64,000 nucleotides of DNA from Perna viridis (lineage: Eukaryota): positions 14,694,001 to 14,758,000 of the forward strand of contig CM074516.1 in assembly GCA_037379345.1 (NCBI GenBank). Direction: 5' to 3'. The notes beneath the pieces are model-generated. The model was given only the letters and a program-made list of their open reading frames with translations, had not been told where the DNA came from and ran no database searches. This document shows positions 25,709 to 41,100 of the stretch, one piece after another. Made by a program: the position numbers and the translations under genes. Position 1 is the first letter of the stretch. Every line of letters begins with the position of its first letter.

Positions 25709-26104
25709 GGGCTATCCAGTGGCCCTGAAATTCCTAATTACATTTGGCTAACATTCCTAAAAAAAAACTTGAAATTCAAAGGGAATTCCTAAAAAAGCCT
25801 TCATTTTTCATGTGAATTCCTAACTTTTCACTCACTGCTGTTTTAGGAGTTACGAAAATAATCCTTGCATTTTTTGTTTCAATGACTGCTTGTTTTGTAA
25901 TAAAGAGAGTGCATCGTTATTGTCTGTAAATAATTTCTTAATAACAGGCAATTATTCTGTCAGGAATTATCAAAAGACATGAAAGAGAGATCGAAAATTT
26001 TCCCAGTGTTCGTTACTGAAAATTCCTAATTTTGACCCTAAAGTAGCACTAAAATTCCTCATTTTTAATCCTAAAATTAACAACAAAAGTAGCTAGACAG
26101 CCTG
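25709..26104. mobile_element. MITE-like insert (second copy 45999-46410)
   Basis: Ends (ca)ggctatccag / ctagacagcctg; internal aaattccta repeats. Confidence 0.55.
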
Positions 26105-26675
26105 TAAAAAGGTGCCAGATATATTTGTACATATGCTGTACTATCATTTGCCTTCTTACGGGGAGTATTAGGAAGACAACAGAAAGTACATATGAAAAAT
26201 ACAATGTACATGTATTTTAAAATGATATATTTTTTTCATCTTTCGATCAGTTCCAAATTGAGTTCTTGAGTTTGCATATTTATTGTTAATTTTTTTTGCA
26301 AGATTTGTTGCGTTACAATTCATTTTTACATTAAACTATATGGTGTGTATTGCCAGCATTGTAGCTGCTGTAAATATTTACTAGCGATAGGAAGAGGTGG
26401 GGCCCATTAACCTTGCTGCATCTTTTGCAATTGCCCAAGTCAATAACTACTAGACTTTGATAGTCTTGTATGGTTTTTTTTGTTTCTATTACGGGGCACC
26501 AAATGGGACTCTTGTGGTTTTGTAATCAAAATTAAAATTTGTACAGAGCAAAAGTGAATTTTCTTCAACAAAAGTGAATTCAGATTAACAAAATTAAGAA
26601 AACATACTACAAATTTTAATTTTCTGTCATAAAAGTTATTTTTGTGTCAATATTTAGAATGTTTTGATTATGAAC

Positions 26676-26860
26676 AGACACAGACAACAAAGAACATAAA
26701 AATAACTAAAATCATACATACAAAGTCAAAAAAGCAAATGAGCAACTCGGACTCCACTTAAAACTATGAGCATGGACCAGGTGCACCGGTAAGGTAAGCG
26801 TCCTCTGCTTTTCCAGAAACATCTGCTGAGTTGCTCATAAAAAGTCAAGTCCGGGGTTCA
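26676..26860. repeat. Family R2 repeat (paralogous position 47088-47292)
   Basis: gagcaactcggactccactt..catggaccaggtgcaccggtaaggtaagcg. Confidence 0.75.
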
Positions 26861-27699
26861 TTTAACTGGTTTTTTTAAGATATGTTTTCTTTTTTTCTTT
26901 CTTTTTATAAGAGTTGTCGGTTATGCCGTTGTTGTCTCCTTAGAAACTCTTAATTTCTTTCTTTCTTACACTCTATAACGAATAGGGGAGGAGAACGTGG
27001 AGAATGGGTTACGACTATCACGGTAAAGCGAGCTCTCATCGACCTCCTACTGAAAAATGAAAAAACAATGCATGACAGCAAAACCGTACAGAGAAGTAAA
27101 TCATATCTGCCCCACTGCAGATATGTGCATGTCTACAGTCTTGAGATGTTGACCATTAATGTGTATTCGTGTCGTTATTTGAATCAGTTTGTCTTCAAGA
27201 AATGTCATCGTTCTTTTATCGTTCTGGATTTTATTGCTTTTGTTGTCGGGGCCTTTTAGAGTTACTCAAAGGTATTTACACTTGTTAAGATCTTTTGGTG
27301 ATGTGAAGACTGTGGGTTATCATGCATATTCATATTTTGATAAAGTCACTCTTTGTTTACATGTTTATGTATTTATTGTATTTATTCGAAATCTATTTTG
27401 AAAATAAAATGTAATTTAAGATAATTTAGTATTCATTCACTGGGCATTAGTTTCTTTCGTTATGGACTCGTTACCAATTTATTCCTTGTAGAAGTAGATA
27501 TCATTGAGATGGGACCTATCTCTGTGGGCTCCGCTGTCAGGTACATTTAGAAAACAGCACAACAGAAATAACCTACAGTTAGAAAACATCACGACAGAAA
27601 TATTTTAAATGCATTTATATGAGAAAGTTGAAATACGGTAATCACTGTAATTTCATCTACATTCAATTTTACTGATGTATGATACTCCACATCCATTTT

Positions 27700-28340
27700 G
27701 GAGGGTATTATGACACATCGACGTAACTACGAACTAATAACGGTTCTCAAGAAATAGAGCTGACACATTTTTTTTAAGAATGGACAGATGAACAGTACGT
27801 TCGACAGACGGACCTTTGACTTAGGAAGTTGTACAAACATTATGACATACCCTCTGGTGTTGGTTAACATACATGTCAAGTATAAACTTTGAGATCGTAA
27901 CGGTTCTCAAGATATAGAGCGGACACGATCTTTATCACATGACATGGGGTTGTCAACTGAAGCCAAAGTTTTTGACCTTGCCCATTGACATAGGAATTTG
28001 TACATACATTATGACACAATGTCTGTTGTTGGTTAATATACGTGTCAAGTATAAACTTTGAAATCATAACGGTTCTCAGGACATAGAGCAGACACGATCT
28101 TCACCAGAGGACATGGGGTTGTCAACTGAAACCAAAGTTTTTTTTTACCTTCACCTTTGACCTAGGAAGTTGTACATACATTATGACACACCTTCTGTTG
28201 TCGGTTAATATACATGTTAAGTATAAAGTATGAAATAATAACGGTTCTCTAGATATAGATCGGACACGAATTTGTTACAAACGGACGGACAGACAGACTT
28301 ATCACTATAGGGCGACCCGCCTAAGGCGGGGCCCTAATAA
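27700..28340. mobile_element. HINE/Pearl-like element with ~170-bp internal tandem repeats (paralog 49590-50060)
   Basis: About three ~170-bp units (acattatgaca..aacggttctcaagatatagagcggacacgat), a GACG/GACA microsatellite and a terminal palindrome cccgcc-taa-ggcggg, the architecture of bivalve Helentron-associated elements. Confidence 0.7.
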
Positions 28341-31300
28341 AAATGAACATAATATAAAGGTACTCAACTAGATTCGTAATGTGTAGAAGGATATGTTTTT
28401 ACCTCATCACCGATACAGTCTTAAAACAAATGTAGCTGGTTTCAGTATATTGTGAAAGTACTATCATTCGTGAGTACTAATTTTCGTGGTTTAGAAAAAA
28501 AGTTTGTTCGAAGATTCTTGAATTTGTGGATTTGACAACTTCAAACCTTCAAAATAATTGTACAAACCTTTTCTATAACATTACAATTTTATCACTTTAG
28601 CCTGGGACTTGGATGTCAGTGTTTTAAACCTAAATTACTTCCCTTTTCATGTTCGCTTGTACATTGCATCTTAATCAATAGTATAAATATAACGAGAATA
28701 TATGTCAAAGGGACAATAAACACATTGGAATGAAAAATGTCAGCTCAAGACAATCCATGGGTCTTCAATGAACGACGAGGAACCCCCCACACCACAGGGC
28801 CGGCTGTAAAACTATTACTCTGTCGTTTGATATCGAATGATAATTAGAAACGTGTGTATTGTATACATGTATTAATATTCGGTTCAACTTTAGAAAATGA
28901 ACGAATAGTAAAATTAAGCTTAGATAAAAGAACGATGACACTTCTTCAAGACAAACTGATTCAAATAACGACACGAATACACATTAATGATCAACATCTG
29001 AAGACTGTAGACATGCACATGCCTGCAGTGGGGCAGATATGATTTACTTCTCTGTGCTGTCATTTACTTTTTTCATTTCTCAGTAATAGGCCATTGAGAG
29101 GTTGCCTTACAGTTATAGTCGTAACCCATACTCCATGTTCTCCTGCCCCTATTCGTTATAAAGTGTAAGATGGTCTGCAATGCGAGAAGCAGAACTGCAG
29201 TTGAAATACACGCGTGTGTATTAGCCAAACCCGAATTATCCAAAACAATACGAAACAAACAAACAAACAAACAAAACAAACCAAAAAACAAACCAAAAAA
29301 GGTTGTATCTAATCAAAGTGTAATAATGTATGATGTGCATGAAGATTTAATCTGAAAAAAACATATCACCTAAAATCGAATAACTTATTGAGATAAAAAG
29401 AACAAAGCAGACATACATGTACATTGTAATAAAGAGAATTGATGTTTGCTATGGGGAAATTCCCAAAAACCACACATTTCTAGATAAAGGACTTACAAAA
29501 AACAAGAAAACACAGATATATTAAATACAATGTTTCTACAAATAAAAGCATTATCATAAGTAATCCATAAAAATAAGTCCTTGAGTGAATGACCTCATTT
29601 TTTTTAAAAAGCAAATCCTGTTGGCCACAAACGATTGTGTGAACTCGATTAATTTCCTTCCTCAACTGGAATTCCAAAGAAAAACAATGACAAGCGTGAC
29701 TTTGTCTGGTTTGTAACATATTATTAGGCGTCAATGGTTCATACAATAATCTTATCGAATAAACATTTTACAGCCATTTTATATTTACTTTAGTCGCAGT
29801 GTTAAAGCAGTCAAACAGGCAAACAGCAATTTCATCAGCAGAGAAGCAGTAAAAACTGTAAACACGCGTGTAAACACAGAACTCTAGTAAACCACAGTAA
29901 ACACACGTACATGTATAACCTGACTAGAAAATATTATGGTGGATATGTGCATTAGTTTGGGAGCGATAATGGTTGTCACATGAATTGCAGTTTAGTAAAG
30001 TCAAATACAATATACAATAGTCCTGCAAATGATAATTATAACAGGTGCTTGTGGTCGAACGTGCGCATCACTAAAATTGAAGAAGTAAGATTTAAAAGAA
30101 CAATTTAAGGTACACGTAGTCAAACATTGTCTAAATACAAATTCTTTCATTACATAGTCTAGAATTGCTTTCAAAACTTTTACTTCTAGAACTTCTCTTC
30201 TTGTGTATATCCGCCAATGGTATTCTATTCTACGTTATCAATGTGACAGGAATGACTAATACATTAATTTGTTAAAACTGCATGCTATGCTTAAAAATTG
30301 TGTACTTTCAAGATTTCAGGGCAAATAAACGTTTTTAGTAAAATCAGTATTTTCTAAACCCGATATCAGATTACGTTTTGTTCTGGAGGGCATGTTGTAA
30401 TGCACGCACAGATAAGTCGATCTTCACTTTGGCATTGGTTAATCGGTATTACGTAGAGACAATAAGAATCTCCATTACTAGTCTAAGTAAACGAAATTTT
30501 ATTTAAAATTGGGAAGAAAGTGAAAGTTTTACAAAAAGACAACAACGGCACAACCGTCAAATCTACCAAAGAAAGAAAGACAGAAAGGAAGAAGAAGGAG
30601 AAAAAAAGAAAAGCAAACAAAAACAAACAAACAAAAAAAGCTAAACGAAGCCTTTGATTGAGAGCCTTTTTCACAAGTAAGAACTCGACCCAACACGTCT
30701 AATTTACCGATTCATCAACATGGGCACCACGCTATACCCTGAACATATACAAGAAAAAATTCAAAATCACACAAGATTGTCAAAAGCTCGTAACTATTGA
30801 CATGGGAAAAGTGCAGAAGATGCGGAAAGGTTGAACACTAGGTTGATGGGCCCCACCTCTCTCTATCGATACCAAATATTTACAAAAATGACATAAAACA
30901 CACAAAGAAGATCAATTCAAAAAAGGTCAGAATCCAATGTGAAAAACAAAAGTATTTAATAAAAACAACAAAGAAAATATTATTTTAACGATAAACGCAG
31001 GACTATTAGCAGTTAAAAGGAATGCAACCTAAAGAGCTCATTTCGGAACTAATCAAATGATAAAAAAAATATTAATTTTACATATGTGTATTCTGTTGCC
31101 TTTCTACTACTGTCTGTATGTGTAAGAAGGCAAGTGATAGTACCATACTTCCCAACTTATAAATGATTAAAACCCTGATAAAATCGGCGAGGGGTCTGGT
31201 CCCCTTGGCCGAAAACGAAAGTAAGGAGTTTGGAGAACATTCGGTCATGTTTCAAAGGATCAGTTTAAGCTTGTTCCATATGACTCATTGTTTCAAAATC

Positions 31301-31477
31301 TGTAAGGTAGCCTCTTACTGGGAAAAGGGATGTAATTTCTTCCCTGACAATGTCTGAAAACGCTGAGAATATTTTTCGCAACCATGAAACCTAAAAGAGG
31401 GCCAAAATCCCCAAGGATCAGGATGAATCACTGAGTGTTGGCATGTATGAAGTACCGTATATATAGTACAAGTATCT

Positions 31478-34400
31478 AAAGTTGATAAGGGTTTAGCACA
31501 TCTTCAAAATACGAATACAAAAGACCATCTGAGGTCCCCTGAAATTCCTGAAGTCTCGGAACGTCATCTTTGTGAGCAGAATCTTGCATTCCAACCATAT
31601 GTTCCCCGTAGGCTTGTTGGATGTAAGACGGTACATCATGTGGATGAAGGATCGTTATAGTATGCACCAGTAGACATGTCACTTTCGTAATGAACAAGTG
31701 GTTCCTTGTTGTTCTGGCCATTTAACGTTTTTACAGCAAACCCAATAATAACGAGCACAATACACACCGTTCCCACTACTGATATTGCTATATACACTGT
31801 CCGTATTTCAAAATCTGAAATGATAGCTAAATATATTATTCAATTCGTTCAATGCATAAAGACATAAACTGTATCTCCATAACGAAGAACATTTCATCGA
31901 CACAGTTTCGACAACATATTTCATAATATGCAAGTGCAATTAATTAGTGTGCAATTTCGCAATTTTTTTGTTCTTCCACTATATCACTTACTAGTATTAT
32001 AACCCCGTCTTGACAACATATTTTGTGATATTAACTCAATTATTTATCACAATTTACCCGTATATTGAAAACATGTCACTAGCATAAAATACATAAATTT
32101 GATATTATTTTTCTCCAGTGGAAAGAATTTCGCGCAGGAAACTTTTGGATGTAACATATACATCATTCATGTACATGTATATGCAAGTGCAATTGATTAG
32201 TGTGCAATTTCGTGATTTAATTTTTCTTCCACTAAATCACTTGCTAATATTATGAATTGCATTTAAGTACACACAGACAGAAACCCAAATTTATTCAATC
32301 TTCTGCACAGAGGCCTTCCTCGTTATCCGAATAGACTTCTCGCTATGCGGGCTCGAAGTTTATTTGAATAACTCATAAGACAGTGCTGTAAATATAATAT
32401 GTATGAATGGTCATCTGGTGTATAGTATAATGACTTACGCAGTATAATTTGTTTGTATGTGTATGGGTTGCCTGGGTATAATATTTAGTTTTAACCCGGT
32501 GGTTTTTTTCTCTCTTTAACATATACGATGTACACCATACATGTACCTATTATCCTGATATAGTGTATTTAATGTGTTCCACGCCACACAGAACATTCAT
32601 TTATATACCCAAATATTTTAGCATATACAAAATCAATGGTGGATCCTTGGAGGGGTTCCAGGGGTAGGAATATCCCCTATCGTTGGACACAATTGTGTTA
32701 ATGTAAGCAGATAGTAAGGAATCCTAAATGTCGTTTTCGGAACCCACCTGTTTTTTGAAAAATAAATTTCATTATCCTCCGTCGGAATAAGGGATGAATT
32801 TCAGATAAATCTCGATAATAGCCATTTTGTTTTACTTGGTTATTAGAAGACGGCTTGTGAAAAGTTCTACCCACATACAGATGTATGCAGCACCAATTTT
32901 TGCGTTTCCACTACTGGTTTTCAATTGAATCACGTATACGGACCCATACAGCTTATGTGCAAAAAGGTGTGGCCATCTGATTGCTATATTGTGTACATGT
33001 ATTCCTTACTACTGATAATATTGTCACAAGACTACTTCAATAATCATTTCAAAAAGTTTACGTCTGACATAATTTTGTTGGTAAACTCAACAGTAACAAT
33101 ATTTTTTTGACAATGTAATAGTTCCCCTGCAGGTGCACCAGATCAATATTCAAAGTTTAATTTAAGTGAAATACGAATTACTTATTCCTTCCTTATCCTC
33201 TGGGTTTATTGTTTAATAGTATATTTTTTTTTTATTTTGTGCGATCGCAAGCCGTATCTGCATCAGCTAATGCTCATCGACAGATCGCATTTAAGATAAA
33301 AGGGTCTATTCGTACGAAAATCAACACACGTATTTCAGTTTCTAGTTAAGAATACAATACATACATTTAATTTGACATCAACAGACCGCAGAACGCTGTT
33401 GTTTACAAATGTACATCTGTATATGCCCGTATCAGTCATGGACACATTTTTAATCTCTAAAGCATAATTTCCGTACGTCGAATTACGTAGTATCCGAATT
33501 CTTTTATGGACAGGGAAACCGTCATTTATCCGGAAATCATCGATATAAGTGCTGTTTGTTACATTTCTTTTCGTGTCCAGAAAAAGCCATTGCATGACTG
33601 TATTACCCGGTGGGTTTTGGCATAGAAGTATGGCAGTGTTCCCAAGCGAAACATTCTGAACTATGAGACTATTTATCTCTGAAAATAAAATATAATAGAT
33701 CTTGAAAATTAAAGTAGCATGAAACGAGAAGTGTCTATTTTTATAAAATCAGCTTAGACACCAAAAAAAATTGCAATGCCGTTTTATTCGGAAACAGATT
33801 ATATTTTTAAAAGGGAAGGATGTAATCTGCACTTACAGCAGACCACTACAGTGATTTGTTTAGAGAAGAGAAAAAAAACCACGTTGATTTCTTGTAGATT
33901 TTTTAATTCAGAAACGAAAAGTAATTCGGACTTAAAGACAATAATTGTAAACCAAAATGGAACGCAAAACACACAACATGTCAAGATGAAGAGACAATTT
34001 CGTGGTATTATTATTGGTTTCAAAACGAAACTTTCTGAACAATTGAATGCCATTATTTCATGATCTGTTTGGTATTGTTACAAAATGTTGTAAAAATGTC
34101 TTCGCTTGGAAGAATTAAATCCCTGTTAAAGATATCATTATTGTGGCATGTTATGCAAAATTTCAGCTTCATTATGATCAAACATGGGTTTTGCAAGAAA
34201 AAAAATATAGACTTCTTATCAACATTATCATCTTCATAACTTTCAGTGCTTTCGTTCATTTTCTTCTGATATTTAATGTGTTCAATACCATTTACACAAT
34301 CGGAATTGTAAAGTTTCATCTCTATAAATAGCTGATCACGAACCACCGTAATCTTCTTTTTTATCTGTCTTCGTACTTTTTCAGTACAGGATAAAGTTGA

Positions 34401-35267
34401 TTTTTTTTCTTTTCTTTTCCATCTTGTCTGATTATTGTTCCCTGACCGAAAAATTCGTGCTTTTCAATTTGTAACAGTCTTTCATGCCTAACTGTTTATC
34501 TGTTATCGAAACAAATTTAGCGACGATTAGTCAATCGCCGTTTTTCTTTTTTCTGTCCAAAAGGATGTACATTCATGAAACTCATGTTTTTCATTGATTC
34601 TATGTTTATTGTTGATGACTTTGTCACGGTGCTTTCTGCGTCCTCTGCTTCAAGTTCTATTCTTTACACAATGATGTTATTATTCATAATGGAGCTTTAA
34701 ACAAAATTTAAAGAGGCGGTGTTTATTCATGATTAGCCCGGACTTTGAATGCGTATAACCTGGTATTAAATCATACCAAAATATCACTTAAAATATTGTG
34801 CATTACACCAAATAATTTTATAATTTCTGATGATAAGCATTTCAACCATTTTTAACAAAAACCCAGTAGTGTGTTTTATAAAAATGATTTTTTTTAATAT
34901 TTTACATGTATATACATGTACAACAATGACTCAGAAGTCAAAGTTGACTGGGTACCAATGAATAATTGACACAATTTGCATTATACATTTTTAATATTTT
35001 ATTAGTAATTTAATACTTAATTCAATATAGAAAATATAGTATTCGTTATAAACTCGTCTATTTACCTAGTATTGTTATACATGGACTATCATTTTTGTTC
35101 AATATGATACAGAAATTTGCTTGATTGAATAATGGATTAGGCTTTAACGTTAAGTAGACATTTTATTAATTACAGGACGAGATATTTGACAACTAAAATG
35201 AAAGTTTACCTAGAAATAGAAGAGTAAGAATCCATGTTAAAGGCGTCAATTTAGAGAGCATAAACAT
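31478..35267 (-). pseudogene. IgV receptor copy B: intact signal+Ig, disrupted membrane part (pseudogene or secreted 133-aa Ig)
   Basis: Signal exon 35267-35210 (MFMLSKLTPLTWILTLLFL). The Ig exon from 33678 is open, but a 7-nt deletion (gtaatag) at the donor shifts phase; read-through stops at 33335. A ~0.9-kb deletion near 32312 removes the stalk exon. The TM exon from 31814 has a 5-nt deletion giving TGA at 31638-31636. Homology ends near 31478. Confidence 0.8.
34300..34680 (-). mobile_element. Degenerate non-LTR retrotransposon ORF1 fragment in intron 1 (copy at ~38860-39180, +)
   Basis: Broken translation EDAESTV..I..KHEFH..YKLKGTNFSVREQ..YPVLK..VVRDQLFI, typical of LINE ORF1 C-terminal regions. 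Shared by B and C, absent from A. Confidence 0.55.
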
Positions 35268-35862
35268 TGTATATTGAATGAAATTTTAAAAATGAACAAA
35301 TTGAAATCTTGATTGATGAAATCTGGTATATATGCAATCTATTAACTTAAAAGAAAAGTCAATTCTGTAATTGGATATTTCCTCTTATAGACAAAATGAC
35401 AACAGTTCCGGAAAAAATTCAAGATGACATATCTATATTTATAGTTATGGTTATACAATAATAGGTTACCCCCTTTACAAAATGAAAACCTAAAAAAAAT
35501 TAACAAAAAACAAAAAACAAAAAAACAAAAACAAAAACAAAAACAAACAAAACAAGCAAAACACAAAGAAAAAATTAGCAAAAATAAAGCAAAAATCAAC
35601 AACCACAAACAAACTGCTACATGAAATTTTCTTCCCGCAAAAATTAATGATTATGTTGAAAACGTGTATTAATGCTTACATTCACATATTTGGGGTAAGA
35701 ATTTATGTACATGATATTTGTACAGTACATTGTGCGTTCAGTCAGACTTAGGTACGTTGGTGCAATGTTTAGAGGCACAAGTCTTAAAAATCACTGCTAA
35801 GTTTTTTAGAAACCATTTTATATAATTAAATCATCTTAAAAACTTATAGTTTGACATAAAAA

Positions 35863-35915
35863 ATGTGGATATATGTGTTTGCAGTTTTTAACCATGCGTT
35901 GTGGGTGTAGGAAGT
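35863..35915 (+). pseudogene. Fragment of TNF-like exon 1 within inverted unit B
   Basis: tgtggatatatgtgtttgcagtttttaaccatgcgttgtgggtgtagg = CGYMCLQFLTMRCGCR, matching CGYMCLQFKTMHCGCR. Confidence 0.8.
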
Positions 35916-36399
35916 ATAATCTTCCAAAGAGGAAGGAAACCGTCAACATCATTTATTTGCTATATTAAAAAAAACTTGGAACATCACCTGAACAAAGTTG
36001 AATTTTTCTTTAAACAATTAGTAATAAGTTTATAGTTCAGAACTAACTCAATAGTTCACTTCGACATAGAGGCCCATTGAATTGCTGACAGCTGCAATTT
36101 GTTTGAGTGATGCAATCTTTAAAATAAGTATAAGACAAAGAACTAATATCTAATAATCTCATAAAACAATAAAAGTTATTTCATTACAATGATATGTATC
36201 ATGACTTTTTTTTATCTAATGCATATCTCCGACTGTAATAAACTAGAATAATGAATAAGTGAATAATACGTTTGAAAGGTAAGAAGAAAAGGAACTATTG
36301 TAACATACCAATAAAATATAAATACATTTTTGGATACGCCTCGGGTATTATCAGCGATGACATGCGTTCTTTTCCCATAACGTACACTTTCAACATACA

Positions 36400-36840
36400 T
36401 GATTGATTGGTGGATTGGGTGGTGTTTAACTCCCAAACAAAAGTATTTTAGTATTTTAGCTCTATCCAGCAATGGTCAAGAAATGGATTATAAAATGAAC
36501 ATTAAATTATGATGAAATGTAAAATTGGTTGGGACAAAAAGATAAAAGATTTCACCGGAAATAAGAATAAGAGGTGGGAAGCGTCGGGCAATTGAGCCTC
36601 TTGTAGCGTTGCCGAGGTTCCTCCTATCAGAGTTCAATCAAAGTGCTTTTACGTGCCAGGAACGTGGCATTTTTTCCAGCATGGTGCACCAGTTAGGTTT
36701 TCCGTATAATGGTCTGACGACCCCAGCATATAGGATGCCAGGGATACCTAATTCAATCACCTGGCGGAAACAACCCAGTTGCTCTGCGGGCAGAGCATCC
36801 TGGGCTCCGGCCAGTGTTCTATGCGTTATTTAGTCGCCTT
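36400..36840 (-). mobile_element. Older diverged R1 SINE-like copy
   Basis: Reverse-complement homolog of 19785-20200. Confidence 0.7.
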
Positions 36841-37814
36841 TTTTTCAACAAGGAAAAATGATTTCAGTTGTTTATGTCATAAATTGGGAATTTTTTTTCA
36901 GATTTTGTTCTTGATCGATTTATCCATATTATTATCGTTGACTTCCAGTAACCTCCACTATTTAGTAGTAAAATAAATGCATTTGTAGTCAAGTGTCCAT
37001 TAAAATTTTATATGAATACGTAATGACCTATTGGAATATGAGGGATCATAAGGTATTAAAGAAATTTTGTGTTTCCGATAAGATCATCTTCAAAAATAGG
37101 GTCGGTAGGTTTGGTGGGGGGATTATAAATTTGCAGGAATTCAAAACCTACTATTTTGCTGCCTCTGTTATGACACCGCTGAATAATGAACTTGTCGTAG
37201 CCATGGCCATGTTGTTTAATTTTTTTTATGAAATTTGAACCTCCACGGAAACACCGAAAACCATGGCATGCACATAGTGTGGAATTAGATACGCAATTAC
37301 TTACAAAGTATGCCCTATCTATAGAAAGTCCCATATCATAGGTATTGCAATCGGTCAATTCAAGTCCAGGATATCTTTGACGAAAAATATCTTTCTTTCT
37401 TTGTATTTTTTTTAATCCAATTCAAGCACCATAACTCTAACTTCAACTTACTGCCACCTTCATTTAACACAAGTTTTAAAATTAAGCGGAATTTGTTTGA
37501 TGTCAAACTATAAGTTACTAAGATGATTAATTTACATAAAATGGTTTTAAAAAAACACTTATCAGTGATTTGTAAGACTTGTGCCTCTAAACATTGCATC
37601 AACTATCTAAGTCTGACTGTACGTACAATGTACTGTACAAATATCATGTACATGTATTCTTACCCCAAATATGTGAATGCATATAAGCATGAATACAAGT
37701 TTTCAACATAATCATTAATTTTTGCAGTCACAACATTCATGTAGCAGTTTGTTTGTTTATGGTTGTTGATCTTTGCTTTCTTTTTCTTTGTTTTTGTTTG
37801 TTTATGTTTGTTTG

Positions 37815-37954
37815 NNNNNNNNNNNNNNNNNNNNNNNNNNNNNNNNNNNNNNNNNNNNNNNNNNNNNNNNNNNNNNNNNNNNNNNNNNNNNNNNNNNNNN
37901 NNNNNNNNNNNNNNNNNNNNNNNNNNNNNNNNNNNNNNNNNNNNNNNNNNNNNN
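37815..37954. other. Assembly gap (others at 38383-38517 and 48644-48781)
   Basis: Runs of N. Confidence 1.
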
Positions 37955-38166
37955 GGGATAACCTATTAGATAACCTCAACTATAAATATAAATGTGTCAT
38001 CTTGATTTTTTTCCGTAACATTTGGTCTATTAGAGGAAATATCAAATTACAGAAATAATTGACCTTTAAGTTAATTCAATGCATGTAGACCGGATTTGAT
38101 TACTTAAAACATTTAATTCAATATATACAATCAAATTGTGTTCCACATCATTTGTGAAATTAGAGA

Positions 38167-41100
38167 ATGTTTATGCTCTCTAGATTGGCACTTTTAACAT
38201 GGATTATTACACTTCTATTTCTAGGTAAACTTTCATTTTAGTTGTCAAATATCTCGTCCTGTAATTAATAAAATGTCTACTTAACGTTAAAGCCCAATCT
38301 GTTATTCAATCAAACAAATTTCTGTATCATATTGAACAGAAATGATAGTCCATGTATAACAATACTAGGTAAATAGACGAGTNNNNNNNNNNNNNNNNNN
38401 NNNNNNNNNNNNNNNNNNNNNNNNNNNNNNNNNNNNNNNNNNNNNNNNNNNNNNNNNNNNNNNNNNNNNNNNNNNNNNNNNNNNNNNNNNNNNNNNNNNN
38501 NNNNNNNNNNNNNNNNNGGCTTAAAATAAGTTAAAAATGTATAATACCTATTTTGTCAATTACCCATTGGTACTCAGTCAACTTTGACTTCTTGGACACT
38601 GTTGTAAATGTCTATACATGTAAGATATTTTAGTAAAACACACTGTACTGTGTTTTTGTTGAAAATAGTTGAATTTTTTATCATCAGAAATTATAAAATG
38701 ATTTGGAGCACTGCACAATATTTGAAGTGACACTTTGGTATCATTGAATACATGTACCAGATTATAACGCATTCAAAGTTCGGGTTAATCATGAATAAAC
38801 ACCGGATCTTTAACCTTTGTTTAAGGCACCATTATGAATAATAACATTATTGTATCAGTAATAAAACTTGAAGCAGAGGAGGACGCAGAAAGCACCGTGG
38901 CAAACTTCATTAACAATGAACTTAGAATCAATGAAAAACATGAGTTTCATGAATAAACATCCTTTTGGAAAGAAAAAGAAAAACGGCAATTGACTAATCG
39001 TCTCTACATTTGTATCGATAAAAGATAAACAGTTAGGGATGAAAAACTGTTACAAATTGAAAGGTACAAATTTTTCGGTCAGGGAACAAGATGGAAAAGA
39101 AAAGAAAAAAAAATATCCTGTACTAAAAGGTGCGTTGAAAGACAAAAAGAAGATTACTGTGGTTCGTGATCAAATGAAAATGGTGTTGAACGCATTAAGT
39201 TTCAGAAAAAAAACACATGAACGAAAGCACTGAACGCTATGAAGATGACAATTTTGATGAGAAGTCAATATTTTTTCCTTCAAAACCCATGTTTTATCAT
39301 AATGAAGCTGAAATGTCGTATAACATGCTACAGGAATGATAACTTTAACAGTGATTTAATTCTTCCAAGCGCAGATTTGTTTTGATATTTCTACAACATT
39401 TTGTAACAATACCAAACTTATCATAACATAATGCCATCCAATAATATCGTCCACACTTTTTGACGGATGATTTGCCCCAAATGTTCAGAAAGTTTTGATT
39501 CGAAACCAATAATATTGCCACTAAATTGTCTCTTCATCTTCACATGTTGCGTGTTTTGCGTTTCATTTTGGTTTACAATTATTGCCTCCAAGTTCAGATT
39601 ACTTTTCGTTTCTGAGCTAAAACATCTACAGGAAATCAATGTGTTTTTTTTTTCTTCTCTACAAAAATCCATTGCAGTGGTCTGCAGTATGTACATATTG
39701 TATCCTTTCATTTTAAAATATAACCTGTTTCCGAATAAAACGGCATTGCAATTTTTTTGTGCCTAAGCTGATTTCATAAAAAATAAATTACTCATCTCGT
39801 TTCGTGCTACTTTAATTGTCTAGATCTATTATATTCTATTTTCAGAGATAAATAGCCTCATAGTTCAGAATGTTTCGCTTGGGAACACTACCATACTTCC
39901 ATGCCAAAACCCACCGGGTAATACAGTCATGCAATGGCTTCTTCTGGACACGAAAAGAAATGTAACAAATAGCACTTATACCGATGGTTTCCGGATAAAT
40001 AACGGTCTCCCTGTCCATAAAAGAATTCGGATTCTACGAATTTCGACGTATGGAAATTATGCTTTAGAGATTAAAAATGTGTCCATGACCGATACGGGCA
40101 TGTACAGATGTACATTTGTAAACAACAGCGTTCTGCGGTCTATTGATGTCAAATTGAATGTAATAGGTATGTATTGTAGTTTTAACTAGAAACTGAAACA
40201 CGGGTGTTGATCTTCGTACGAATAGACCCTTTTATCTTAAATGCGATATGTCGATGAGCATATGATGATGCAGATACGGCTTGGGATCGCACAAAATACA
40301 AAGAACGATATATTATTAAAAAATAAACTCAGAAACTAAGGAATGAATAAGTACATTGTATTTCACTAAAATAAAACTTTGAATATTGATCTGGCGCACA
40401 TGTGGGGTAAATGGGCGTTTTTCAATAAAAGTGTGATTTTCAGTTGGCAAAACATATCAAAAATAACGTTTAATTATGTGAACTTTTTTAATGTAACCAA
40501 ACTTTTCAACATCAATGCTAACAAATTCCAAGACATGCAATCTTAATGCAAACATTAACTGACTCAAAAAACAACAATATAATGGCACATAATAATAAAA
40601 TATCCACTACGAAACAAATTATTTAGCTGAGATTAATAATATTAAAAAGAATATACTTCTATTTTTCGTGTTGATTTGGCATTAACTATGACAAAAATGA
40701 TATGAAAAGTTTACTCAATATTTGGTATGTCACTTAATGAGCATTCACTTGGACATTTCATATCAAAAATACAATAACTTGATAAAATTATACCCTTTCA
40801 AATACAAATATTCTTTGATGATCTTTCAAAACCTGTTTTCTATACTTTAGAGAGTGTTGACTGGAGGGACTAAATTGATGTTTAATTCGGTTCATAAAAA
40901 TAAATTTGCATATGAGCACAAATTGTATTTTCATGTTGCGTTACGTATTGGACAAGATTGTTTCCTAATGGACTAAATCGTTACGTATTGGACATTCAGC
41001 ATAACTTGCTGTTTGAGTGGAAATTATAATAATACTATTACAAATTAACTGAATTCCTGGTATGTACCCTTACTCAGATAATATTTTCAAATTGCCTTAG

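Noticed and set aside
37737-38058. X-containing ORFs (also 48428-48823)
   Set aside because: Artefacts of N gaps.
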